Of a DNA stretch of 32,000 bases, positions 1 through 11,922 are shown in pieces; within the stretch, counting starts at the first letter, position 1, and every line of letters begins with the position of its first letter. A model generated the notes under the pieces. That model did not search any database and was not told where the DNA came from. It was given only the letters and a program-made list of their open reading frames with translations. This DNA comes from Paramicrosporidium saccamoebae KSL3 (lineage: Eukaryota > Fungi > Cryptomycota): the NCBI GenBank assembly GCA_002794465.1, contig MTSL01000149.1, forward strand, positions 30,100 through 62,099, written 5' to 3'. The translations under genes and the position numbers were made by a program.

Positions 1-1039
<1,039 letters not shown>

Positions 1040-1054
1040 TCAAACTATATAGCC

Positions 1055-1414
1055 ATGGATGACATTCTAAAGTTGTTGGATGCAAAGTCTGAATAGTGGT
1101 ATTTGGCAATCAACAGAATCTTTCAGCATTTCCAGGAAGAAAAGTTTGTTCTACAGCTGCCTCGGAGGGAACTCGGGAAATTTGACGCAGCCAATATTAT
1201 ACAGTGTCTAGAGATTTTGTTCAATGGTATTTTCACCCGAAATCTTGGTAAATGCGCCAGCCACGGCACGAAAACCTTGGGGTCCCACCGAATAATTGCC
1301 ACGTTTGTGGATCTTGAGGGGCCTGATTTCGTTCTTTGGATATTCCTGACCGAGAGATGTTGTGATTGGATGCGTCGCATTACTAAAGGAGCGCTAAAGA
1401 TCTCAGTCTCCTAA
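1055..1414 (+). CDS. Small hypothetical protein (~109 aa), one predicted 30-nt intron (1087-1116)
   Basis: ATG 1055 (MDDILKLLDAK) joins the 1103-1414 ORF frame after removing GTCTGAATAG...AACAG. Divergent from RVB1. No family recognised. Confidence 0.45.
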
Positions 1415-1528
1415 GACGTGATACAACTAAATAGATGGTTTGCAAGTCCGAGCGCCTTTAATTGACTATATTTAGCAATTCATGCGCGGGCTCCAAGAAG
1501 ATCCACGGCGAGTCCTCAACAACCCATC

Positions 1529-2284
1529 ATGTTGCGTGTTGACGTTGTAGTTGTTACTCTTCATTTGCTACGAATTGTGGGTACATTGAATGCTCTCTTA
1601 GTGATCTACTCCATAGTGGATGACTTTTTCTCTCTGGATTTATTGTCTACGGTTTGGCGCAGAGTGGTGGCGACAGTCGCAGCGGCCGCCATCTTCAGAA
1701 TGGCAACAACGCTGAGTCTTGTGCCCAGACTTCACATCGTGTGGGTCTGGGTGATCATCGCCACCGGTGCCCCCACCTTTCGAGGCGCATCAAAACCTAT
1801 TACTGCCTTGGCGATGTTTGCGGCGATTATGGTATTCATATGGTTGAACAAACAGGTCAATAAGCATCTGTATAACAGGGCTCGAGTGAGGAGAATTTTA
1901 TCAACTGTTGAATGGTCAAGTCCTATACTGCCACCCACAAGGTACATGCTCGTTGGGTCTCGAATGAGTTTCTTGGAATTTGTTGTTCCCCTTTGCTCGA
2001 GTACCATATTTGCCTCGGCAGGAGCAGGTGACATTGATAGTTGGACTACGGCCTTTCTCATTGGGGTCGGTATTATAGCCCTAACCATAACCGCTCGCTA
2101 CCGTGGGTTCATTGCTGCTCTTCTATTCATGTTTGCCGGATGGGTCTCATTAACATTCTGGTGCATTAAATCTAGCTCAAGCTCTGATGACGATGATTTC
2201 GAAATTCTTTTGCTGATCGCCGAAGCATTAATATCACATTTTATGGTGGCATACGATATCGGCATCTACTTTGGAATTTATTGA
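1529..2284 (+). CDS. Hypothetical polytopic membrane protein (251 aa)
   Basis: Single long ATG-initiated ORF with roughly 7-8 hydrophobic stretches and a short S/D-rich loop; no family recognised. Confidence 0.65.
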   Translation: MLRVDVVVVTLHLLRIVGTLNALLVIYSIVDDFFSLDLLSTVWRRVVATVAAAAIFRMATTLSLVPRLHIVWVWVIIATGAPTFRGASKPITALAMFAAIMVFIWLNKQVNKHLYNRARVRRILSTVEWSSPILPPTRYMLVGSRMSFLEFVVPLCSSTIFASAGAGDIDSWTTAFLIGVGIIALTITARYRGFIAALLFMFAGWVSLTFWCIKSSSSSDDDDFEILLLIAEALISHFMVAYDIGIYFGIY

Positions 2285-2459
2285 AAACTCTGATTGCACC
2301 ACGTAACTCGCAAGTTCAACAGCTATAAAAGTTATTCTGGCTCTCTATGAAAGATACTTCCTTTTGAGATTACAACATTGATGCAAATCTCTTTGTAAGA
2401 GTCGCAAGATCAATGATCCGATTGATACCGACTATTACCTACAATTTCTCATTATAAGA

Positions 2460-5219
2460 TTAGCGTCGCCAGTATTGGGCCCATTTGTGAAGTGTCTCGA
2501 ATACCTTGGGAAAGAGAGCGGTCATGGACTCGTCTATAAGCCGCTCTAACGCTAACAACGCATCTAATTCCTCCAGATCCAGCATTAGCCGATCGTGCAC
2601 ATATCGAGTTCCGACCGGATCTGAAGACAGCGCCAGAAAGGATATCAGTAGCCTTGCATGGCGCCGAAGAAGTGAGAATGCTGCAAAACAGAGCAGCTTG
2701 AAGCGATAGAACAGTGGGCCGGTAGGGCCTCCCATCGTCTCGACCATCTCTTTGCACAGCTTCATTGGAGGAGGAAACGGCTTGGGATCGTTGCCGAACA
2801 AGTAGGAAAAATCTACATGAAATATTCGTCCGTCGCGAGTCAGCAAGAGATTGTCAAGATGCCTATCACCAATTCCAAGTACATATGTGAACACGCAATA
2901 CCCAGCTATCCAGTGAGTAATCGGAAATGAAGAGTACCGCAACTTTTCACAAAGTTATCTAAAACCTCCTCGGGGGCTGATGCGCTGGGAGGAAGATTTC
3001 CGCCGGATGAGGAGCGCTCAACAAGGTCAAACGTCGAAGCGAGACTTGCTAAGGAGGGGTTCATAGATGCTGCGCTCAAATAAGCCAGAACGCTGCCGCC
3101 ATAGGCAGCAATGATGTTGGATAATGGCTCAGAGGGGATAAATTCGAGCATTCCCTCTGTCAGTGATAAGGCGATACATCGATACGGAGTGACTTTTAGA
3201 TCCAGACAGTTTCGTTTCCAAATCACGTCCATCAATCGGAGCACACCCAAGATCAAAGCGTCCTGACGCATGTCCTCACCGGCCTTGACAATGATGGAAT
3301 GTTCACGAATGTCCGTAGTCACAAATGACACCTTGACCGGCATCGCAGTGCTCTTAAATATCAGCAGCTTGTCAGGCAGAGTCCCAGTCACCTTAATGTT
3401 AACATCATATGGGAGTGAAAGCGTGGTGAATGAGAGAATGCCGTTCTTTGGATCACTAGTAACCTCCTTTAGTAGTGATATTCTCTGGTGCCGATTCAGC
3501 CGCACCAAGCGTGTATCTCTAAATAGCAGTGACATTTTCTTGAACAAGTGCTCCTGTTTGAAAAGTGACTGCATTAACTGGGCCGTTTCTACAGTTTTCT
3601 GAAATCGATGCAGCAGCAAACCCAGCAACCTTGCAAAGATATTGTCGCGAGATTCTTTTCCTGCAGAAATTTCCTTGGATCGCACCTTTAACTGCCAGAA
3701 TAGTAGTTGTGCAAACGATGGCCATTCCAGTGCTTTTTCGACGAGAAAATCACCCAGGAGATTCACTGCATTCTTGGCTTGCTTGACGCCCTCCTCGTCC
3801 CCTTCTGCATCCGGATAGAAATCTTGGTAGTGCGAGATACGCTTAAAGTACTCTAGCATGCACGGAAAGATGAGGGTCATCATGTCCAGATCCATAGAGT
3901 AAATACTGCGAGAGAATGCCGCTGCCCAGATTAAATTCACGTCTTCAGACAGAATTGGTCCTTCCACGGACATTAATTCCAAGCAAGTCCATGGTGATGG
4001 CGGGTCCCAGGTGAGCAGAACATCTCGTATCATTTCCACCTCTTCCCTGTCTTCCCAATCGACAATCTGTACAACTTTTGGCAGGGCCTACCCAAATCAA
4101 TACGATGAAATGCCTCTGTACATGTTCGACATTTCTAAGCCAATAACGATATTTCCAAAACATTGCTCTATTATCCGGGGTCCAGTTCCATGTTATCGGC
4201 CGCGCTAGCAATTCCTAAAAGTCCAATTCCAGTCGCTCCGTTATACCATCAAGTATTCATAGGCCATGGCAGAGGGCTCGTGATCCCGTGGATCATCGTG
4301 AACAGTCCGTCTGTACTTTTTCCAATATTTCTCAACAGGGTCCAGCCCCATTTCTGATTCAGCGTCAACAAAGGACTGATCAACAACCTAATTGATCATG
4401 AAAACTTGGGGAGAATACATATTCTTCAAATTGAATCGGCTGAGTTAGGCGCGGAAGCTGAACAAAGACATACATTCGACGCGATTGTTCCGCCTCACGA
4501 CGCTGCATCTGGCCGATCGCATCGGGATGGATTTTGCTATGAAACGCTTCCGGTTCAATAAAGCCATCTTCGTAATCTTTCAAGAGCTGCTACGCGGTAA
4601 GGCGATTACGAATGTTACCTGTTCAAGAAGATTGAGTTTTTGAAATTCGCCAGAAAGGCTGGAATAATCTGGAATACCGTCTGTTTTGCAATTGCTAGGA
4701 TCTGAAGGAAACTCTGCCGGGCTCGTCCACAACATTAACTTGTAATGCCCTTGTCGGAGTATATGCTTCTGCTTTTCCGTCGTGTTGAATAAATACAGGG
4801 TGGTGCCGGCCAGAATCTTTTGGGTGTCACGCTGCACAAGACTCAGAATTAAACAGCTGGTGGGGTTCATTTCATCAATTCGGCAGCCAAAGTCCACCTC
4901 TTCTCCCCATACCGGCTCCCGTCCATTCCTAAACTGTAGGAGAGAGGCTGTCGGTACTGCTGTAAGATGGAGCGCGTTTCAAGCGGGCCAAATATTATCT
5001 CCCCACCATGTGCTAGTTCCACTTGCCAGCTCAACTCGAGCGGACTACAGAGTGAATTGCGAGGCAATATGCCTACTCATCAGACTCGACTCCAAGTGCC
5101 CGTCCAATCGGTCCGATTAATGCGTCTCTACAGAAAATTACAGATATAGGGAGATTATACATTTTAACAATAACGTGATGGTCAACATTGAGAGACGACT
5201 TGACGGGAACATTGTCCAT
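2460..5219 (-). CDS. VPS34: Class III phosphatidylinositol 3-kinase Vps34 (~835 aa), 8 introns
   Basis: Introns at 5128-5160, 5045-5076, 4929-4957, 4590-4618, 4388-4418, 4215-4246, 4088-4121 and 2906-2937. The spliced product has the C2 domain (REPVWGEEVDF), the helical domain, and the kinase motifs KAGEDMRQD, GIGDRHLDN, FHVDFSYLFGNDPKPFPPPMKL, ending in HKWAQYWRR. Confidence 0.95.
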
Positions 5220-5495
5220 TTGATATGAAATCTGTGACGCGAGATAGTATATTTACGGGCCAGGGATTCCCACAAGGGTCTGTTGATGAGCGAATGAATT
5301 GTATTAAAGCATGTAGCAGTTAGATAGCTATCTTTAATACAATTGGGATGGCTTGTGGGATCGCTATTCGAGTCGGGTTTACCAATGGTACGCGAACATT
5401 GTTTAACAGGGTCATTCCTTTCAACTTCACATGGGGAAATTTGTTTTATTTTTGATCAATACTGTGGGTCCCCGATCATTGGAACAGGCGCTTAT

Positions 5496-6947
5496 TCACT
5501 TCCAAGCCGAAGTTATAGGCTGTGACTTGCCAATAATCTCCACGCTAAAGCCAATTTGTCGCAGTTCGATGGGGTCCAGAATCAGACGACCGTCAAAAAT
5601 AAAGGCTGGCTTACGCATTGATTGGTAGATGCGTTTGTAATCAAGGGTCTTGAATTGGTCCCATTCAGTGCAAACTACCAGTGCATCCGCTTCCTTGCAC
5701 GCCTCGTACACATCTGTATTCAATGTAATGTTGGAAGTGCCATTTGGACGGCGGAGAGAGGAAATGTCCTCTAACATCTGCTCGTGACTCACAACTGGAT
5801 CGTAAATGGACAATTGTGCATCCTCGGCCAGCAAACAGTCCACCACTGTGAGTGCGGGGGTTTCCCTCGTATCGCCGGTATTCTTCTTGAACGCAAAGCC
5901 CAGAATGGCAATGCGCTTATTGGAGACAGTGTGGAAGAGATTGCTGATGATTTTTCGTACAAATCGCGTTTTCTGATATTCATTGAGATCAACGACCTGC
6001 TTCCAATAATGGGCCACCTCGGGCAAGTTGAGACTTTCACAGAGATACACCAGGTTGAGGATATCTTTGTGGAAGCAGCTCCCTCCAAAGCCCACACCTG
6101 CCTTTAGGAAGTTGGGGCCGATACGCGTATCCCAACCAACGGCAGTTGCCACTTCATCAATGTCCGCGCCAGTTGCTTCGCAGAGAGCAGAGAGTGCATT
6201 AACACTGGAGATGCGTTGAGCAAGCATTGCATTGGCTGCCAGCTTGCTGAGCTCGGAAGACCACAGGTTGGTTGTGATGATACGTTTGCGAGGGACCCAA
6301 TTGCTGTATATCTTGACGAGCGCCTCTTGGGCATCTTTTCCAGCCGGACTGTTCATCCCACCGATTAGGATGCGATCTGGAGCCTGTAGATCGGCGATCG
6401 CAGTTCCTTCGGCGAGGAATTCGGGATTAGACAGCACTTGGAAACAAACATTTGGGCGACAATTGTTCTCCAGAATGGTCAAGATGCTCTGGGCAGTGCG
6501 ACAGGGCACAGTGCTCTTTTCCACAATAATCTTGTTGCTAGTGGACGCATCAACAATCATCCTAGTAGCCGCTTCAATATACTTTAAATCCGCCGCCATC
6601 CCAGCCCCCAGTCCGGACGTCTTTGTTGGGGTATTGACACTCACAAAGATCAGCTCGGCCTCCTCGATGGCCCGCGTCACATCCGTTGTGAAAAAGAGAT
6701 TTCTTCCACGGCATCGGCCAACTACTTCTTCCAGGCCGGGCTCATAAATGGGCAAGGGACCTTCGTTCCAGAGACGGATCCTCTCCACAGAAATATCAAC
6801 AATGGTGACCTTGATGTGTGGACAACGATCGGCAATGACGGCACATGTGGGACCGCCCACATAACCGGCGCCTATGCAGCAGACCTTTGTAATGTGAGTA
6901 GGGAATCCGTTGGAAGTGGACTCGGCAGCGTTCGTTGGTATCGGCAT
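5496..6947 (-). CDS. UGDH: UDP-glucose 6-dehydrogenase (483 aa), eukaryotic type
   Basis: Rossmann motif [29 protein letters not shown], catalytic [25 protein letters not shown]; intronless. Confidence 0.96.
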   Translation of the reverse strand: MPIPTNAAESTSNGFPTHITKVCCIGAGYVGGPTCAVIADRCPHIKVTIVDISVERIRLWNEGPLPIYEPGLEEVVGRCRGRNLFFTTDVTRAIEEAELIFVSVNTPTKTSGLGAGMAADLKYIEAATRMIVDASTSNKIIVEKSTVPCRTAQSILTILENNCRPNVCFQVLSNPEFLAEGTAIADLQAPDRILIGGMNSPAGKDAQEALVKIYSNWVPRKRIITTNLWSSELSKLAANAMLAQRISSVNALSALCEATGADIDEVATAVGWDTRIGPNFLKAGVGFGGSCFHKDILNLVYLCESLNLPEVAHYWKQVVDLNEYQKTRFVRKIISNLFHTVSNKRIAILGFAFKKNTGDTRETPALTVVDCLLAEDAQLSIYDPVVSHEQMLEDISSLRRPNGTSNITLNTDVYEACKEADALVVCTEWDQFKTLDYKRIYQSMRKPAFIFDGRLILDPIELRQIGFSVEIIGKSQPITSAWK

Positions 6948-7234
6948 TTCGAGACTCCCGTAGGGTGGACCGATGTTTTGAGGGACTGCAACTTCCAGAT
7001 CTGGCTTTAATTTGACCTTGCTTGGTCCACAATATCACAAAGGAAAATTGCGTTTATTCTTTCCTCTATTCATATCGGTAGGCTATATTGTCTCATAGTA
7101 CATTTTGTTTGTCAAACTTATCCCGGCAAGGGTGTTCTTAGCAGCTTCCGGTGGCTTGGCCAATAAAACATGTTCATCCATAGTCGCTCTTCTTCTTGTC
7201 ATCACATACAGCTCTTCTAGGGCCTCCTCTTCGT

Positions 7235-8042
7235 CTACATCAATGAGCTGGGAGCTACCAGACGCTTGCCCCTAGCCCCGACTTTCACGTCACATGATGG
7301 GTAAATCCACATCTGATACGCCACCCCCGAGTCGACAATCAGCTGGATGACACCACAAAGAATGAATTGGAGCGGCGAGTTGCGGGCGATGAAGAAAAAG
7401 GTCTTGAACGCATCTCCCAGAAACCATGATCCCAGCAATTCGGGCCTGCCATATTAGTTAAGGATAGATGTAGGTACCTCAGACCACCGGTGGCTTTGGC
7501 TTTCCAATTGCTGTAGAATTGCGGCATCGCCAGAGTTGACTCAATCATCAGGGCAAGTCCCCCCACCGCCTCGGTAATCCAGACGGATCCAAAAATGAGC
7601 TTGTTGAGGATGGTGACGGTGGCAATGGAGAACACAAATAGTCCCAGAAACGCTAGATATTCGCCAAAGTAGTCCCATTGCCAGAAATTTTCCATAGCAA
7701 ATCCTATAGGTGAGTGTAAACAATCCTACTACCTCGAGTAACATCATAATTATGCTTCTCACTCTTGCTCGGACGGTTCTTGAGCTGGACCCTCACAATC
7801 AACTCTAAAAGGACAAGCTGAGCGGCTATCATCATAACACTCTGACAGAGCAGGGTGAGTTCGAATCCCTTGAGAAACCAAAAGAATACGCGCAGGATGT
7901 TGGCGGAAATCAAAATGAAGCAGACGAGGGGGGAGAAGCCCCCTGGATCCTGTGAAGTCCTAATATTCATGTACTGCGGAATGTAGCCCACGATGGGCCC
8001 AAAGATAAGTCCCAAGCAGAGGAGAAGCTCCAGGAATGTCAT
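7235..8042 (-). CDS. ANY1: PQ-loop membrane protein, PQLC1/SLC66A2/yeast Any1 type (~248 aa), introns 7704-7732 and 7446-7477
   Basis: Two PQ loops (GYIPQY, LAMPQF), GFSPLVCFILISANILRVFFW, NFWQW, WFLGDAFKTFFF; splicing restores the frame. Confidence 0.85.
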
Positions 8043-8129
8043 CGGTCCGCCAACCAATCATCGTCAGGATAAATACCATTGTTTAATCTCGAAACTATTT
8101 AATTTTAGAACACTGTGCACCCTAATTTA

Positions 8130-9092
8130 ATGAGAGTCGCCCCGTTGTCCCTCCTCTTTGCTATCTTTGGTAATGTCCAGTCTGCTCAAATGAGGGACCG
8201 TGACATTGAAAAATGTGTTGCGTGCCATGGCCTGGCCAACCATGTGGTGAGTCGTTTGGCGGACACGGAGTCCCGCGCCAACGAGGAAGTGTATATTGGC
8301 AAACGTTTGGATGCCAATGGAAAGGAAGTTCCTAGCCGCGTGATCCGCTATGGAGACTCGTAAGAGCGTTTACTTGAACTTTACTAATCTCATAGTAACG
8401 AGAGACTATTGGACGTTTTGGAGGGTGCCTGTGAGGCCAATTCCAAGAAAGCCCGTGTAACCCATTCTTCTTTTGACTAACGTTAGTGTAACGAGTTCCT
8501 TCATGAACGCGAAGATGAAATTTCCACCTGGTTCCACGAGTCTCGCCGGACAGGCAACTTTTTCAAAGAGGTCTGTGAGGCTCGCATTAATGGATGTAAT
8601 GCTCAAGTGGTGCAAGAATTCTTGGCAAAGGCATCTAAGAATGTTGAAGTTGAGGATGATGTGCCCAAGAAGGAGACCCCGAAAGCGGCGGCACCCAAGA
8701 CCGAGAAGAAAGAGACACCCAAGGTTGAGAAGAAAGAGACACCCAAGACTGAAAAGAAAGAGTCCACTGCACCCACCTTTGATGCTGTCGCCATTGTTAA
8801 AAAGATTGTGAACCGCATCAAGGGCAACATGATTCGCATCTACAATCTCTCTTCCGAGCTTCAGCGTGAGATGGTGCCGATTATTAAGACCAAGAACTGG
8901 GAAAAGCTCAAGACTACCCTGAAGAATAAGGACTTTTACCAAAAATACTGGATCGTCTTTGCGGCCTTTGCATCGATGATCTATTTGCTTGCGTCGTTTG
9001 TGGAAATGATTTTCGGCAAGTCGGGGAAGAAGGTACGTACTGCTGGCACTGCCAAGCGTCGTACTGCGGTAAAGTCCAAGAAGGAAGAGTAA
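8130..9092 (+). CDS. Canopy/CNPY-like saposin-fold ER protein (~298 aa) with C-terminal TM helix; introns 8360-8395 and 8457-8486
   Basis: Signal peptide; CVAC...KRLDANGK...RYGDSNERLLDVLEGAC...CNEFLHEREDEI...VC...GC gives six Cys in saposin spacing. Then a K/E/T/P linker, TM segment YWIVFAAFASMIYLLASFVEMIF, and C-terminus KSKKEE. Confidence 0.75.
8694..8765 (+). repeat. 24-bp coding tandem repeat x3 (PK[T/V]EKKE[T/S])
   Basis: cccaagaccgagaagaaagagaca / cccaaggttgagaagaaagagaca / cccaagactgaaaagaaagagtcc. Confidence 0.9.
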
Positions 9093-9245
9093 TTTCAAGA
9101 ATTTGAATATGCAGAATAAAAGGTTGTGTTAATGAGATTGTGTGGGGGGTTTGTGGGTGGATGAGATGAGGTGTGAGCGAGACGGGCGTGATTGAGATTT
9201 GTGTAGATGTTAATTATCGTTGGTTTCTATATATGTTATACTCTC

Positions 9246-9327
9246 GCACTTTCTGCACTCTTTGTGCTTTGTGCTTTTTGCACTCTTTGCGCTTTTTGCA
9301 CTTTCTGCACTCTGCGCTTTTGCACTT
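9246..9327. repeat. Degenerate ~9-bp pyrimidine-rich tandem repeat (GCACTYTYT-like) upstream of the GPI8 core
   Basis: gcactttct gcactcttt ... gcactcttt gcgcttttt gcactttct gcactct gcgctttt gcactt. Confidence 0.8.
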
Positions 9328-9377
9328 GTTCTCAATTTTATAGGTTTAACAACATTGGACATTTGTGTTAACTGGTC

Positions 9378-10531
9378 ATGCGGCATAGTAACAACTGGGC
9401 AGTTTTGGTGTGCACATCCACCTTTTGGTTCAACTATCGACATGTCGCCAATGTACTCTCCGTTTACCATATTATCAAGCGACTCGGTATTCCTGACGAC
9501 CATATAATATTGATGCTGGCCGACGACATGGCCTGCAATCCACGCAACCCTATCCCGGGTGCCGTATTTAATCATTACAACCATCATCTGAACGTCTATG
9601 GCTCTGATGTCGAAGTGGATTATCGTGGCAGTGAGGTTACGGTAGATAGTGTTTTGCGGCTGCTTACTAGTATCCCACAAAACATATGGAATGATTTGTA
9701 GACCGGCTGCCAGTGGAGACTCCGCAATCAAAGCGGTTGGCAACAGATGAACAGAGCAATGTGCTGATTTACATGACGGGACATGGCGGGGATAATTTTC
9801 TCAAGTTCCAGGACCAGGAGGAGATTAATGCAAGGGACCTAGCTGATGCCTTTACTCAGATGCACGAACGGAGGAGGTATTCTCAGTGTAAATTCCGTAT
9901 TAACCTTGCCAGGTATAACGAAATCCTACTAATGATCGACACTTGCCAGGCTAGCACTATGCACGACCACATTGTGGCCCCCGGAGTCACTGCAATTGCA
10001 AGTAGCATCCGTGGCGAGTCCTCCTATTCCGTAACCAAATCCACCTTCTCACAGTTGTAGTATCAAGTCGACGATGAGCTGGGGGTGGCGGTGCTGGATC
10101 GTTTCACATGGGCACTCTTAGAGTTTACCAAAAATATCAACTCGACCTCCACTGCCACTGTGCAAGATTTATTCGACTCGCTGGATCCCAAGTTTCTCTC
10201 CTCCCATCCTGATCTGAAACAGAGTGATATGGCAACCTCACCTTCCGAAGCACGAATAGTCGATTTCCTTGGCAACGTGCGGACCGTGGAGACGGATGTC
10301 GACCCAGTCTTCTTGCGGGACGGGGTTGAGCTGGAAAAGTTTACTCAGACGCCAAAATTCAAAATTGTGTTGGATGAGTCTCTGTCTTTGGAACAACAGG
10401 TTTTGGGGATTCCATCGAGAGAGTTTTTCCTGTTGAAACCGTCCCAGCCTCTCCTGAGCTCAGTGTTCCCCATGTTTGTATTTTTGATAATTTCATACTC
10501 TTTCTACAAGGCAGTACGTCGGGCACAATAA
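9378..10531 (+). CDS. GPI8: GPI-anchor transamidase catalytic subunit (C13 peptidase; PIG-K); introns 9670-9701, 9877-9912, 10031-10060; true N-terminus unresolved (possibly ATG 9207)
   Basis: [51 protein letters not shown], catalytic YMTGHGG and [16 protein letters not shown]-terminal TM helix. Confidence 0.93.
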
Positions 10532-10578
10532 ACATTCTTCCACCCATCAAAGAGAAACTCGGAGTAATTCGTTTAACC

Positions 10579-11845
10579 ATGGGCGCATGCTTGGCTTGTT
10601 GTGCTTTGGACGCAGGTAATGGGTTGGCTGTCATGTCTCATTCTGCCAGGATGTGGACTTGTCTCGGGCGCTGGCAGCATGATCCTCGGCTGCCTTCCGT
10701 GGAGTAAGAGTAGAGGTGCCCGTTACATGAATGCGGTTGTATTCTTCCTCTACTGTGCACTGATATTCTCCGCTCCGTATTCTCACGACAATGGCTGATG
10801 ATTTAGGTCGTGGTGTGGATATGTGGCCAGAGTGGCTCCCATAAAGGGGATAAAATGTGATGCAGACTGCTACACATTTTATACTGTTTACCGGCTCGGC
10901 TATGCACTGGCGCTGTATCACCTGGTCCAAACAATGGCCTTGATTGGCGTGGAAGATGGCTCCAATCCACGGGCAATCATTCAGAATGGCTTCTGGCCCG
11001 CCAAGTTGTTACTACTAGCAATATTGGCAGTGGGCAGTCTATGGATTCCGCATTGGCTGATCGATTACATGTTTTATCCAACAGTTTTCCTCGGATTCTT
11101 GTTTGTATGTGTGCAGGGAGTATTGCTGGTGGATCTGGCATTTAACTGGGCAGAGGGCATGCTGGAGGGAGCGTCAGACGGAAGTGCCATCTATCAGTAT
11201 TTGATCATCGGCTCCACTGCCATCCTCAATTTAGCAATCATCGGAGTGACCGCTTCAGTGTACTTGTATTTTGAGCGCAATCTGGAGCGGACTTTGATGA
11301 CAGTGACCGCTCTGATCTTGGTTCTAATGACCGTTTGCTCCGCACTTCCATCGGTCCAGGAAAAATCGCCCAGTTCAGGAATCTTTCAATCTGCGGTTCT
11401 CGGCCTCTTTTCGCTACTAGTCATCACCAGCGCCTTTATCAGTAACCCAACCCTGCCCAAGCTGGGCACATCAGTTTCAACCTCATTTCCTGTACTCAGC
11501 AAAATTGTATCGGCCTTTAACATTGTTTTTGCATACTTGGCCGTTGCACAGGTATCGTTCAGCAACACTTCCAGCATATCGCGTCTCACTTCTGACCAAG
11601 AGAATACGACCAGTGATGATGATGATGATGCCGAGTACCATTATACTCTGTTTCATCTGATTTTTGCATTCGCTGCCGTTTACACAGTTCTGTACAGTAC
11701 GTATTGGCAGTACTCTGACGCTGTCGGAAAGGTTGTTGAGAGTGCCTTTGGTTTCTGGACGCGCGTCGTGGCCAGTTGGTTTGACGGGCTGTTGTATATT
11801 TGGATCCTCTTTGCTCCAATTGTTTTGCAAGATTCGCTCTTTTAA
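10579..11845 (+). CDS. TMS1: SERINC/TMS1 family multi-pass membrane protein (~400 aa); introns 10616-10649 and 10777-10806
   Basis: Cys-rich N-terminus MGACLACC, C....VYR, RAIIQNGFWPAK, QGVLLVDLAFNW, SSGIFQSAVL, YHYTLFHLIF, FWTRVVASW, YIWILFAP. Confidence 0.9.
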
Positions 11846-11922
11846 TAAATAAGCAATTATATTGAGCTATAGATTCTTTGCTCAGTTACCCCGCAAGTCG
11901 CCTCAATAACAAACATATTGGA

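Noticed and set aside
5496-6947. Intronless UGDH as a possible horizontal transfer
   Set aside because: The motifs are of the eukaryotic type, composition matches the neighbours, and RVB1, LSB6 and MscS are also intronless.
7083-7270. Acidic open frame after the PQ-loop gene (…LIDVDEEEALEELYVMTRRRATMDEH…)
   Set aside because: It has no early ATG, and no GT-AG intron of 29-39 nt links it in frame to the PQ-loop exon. It is probably 3' UTR, though RNA-seq could revisit this.
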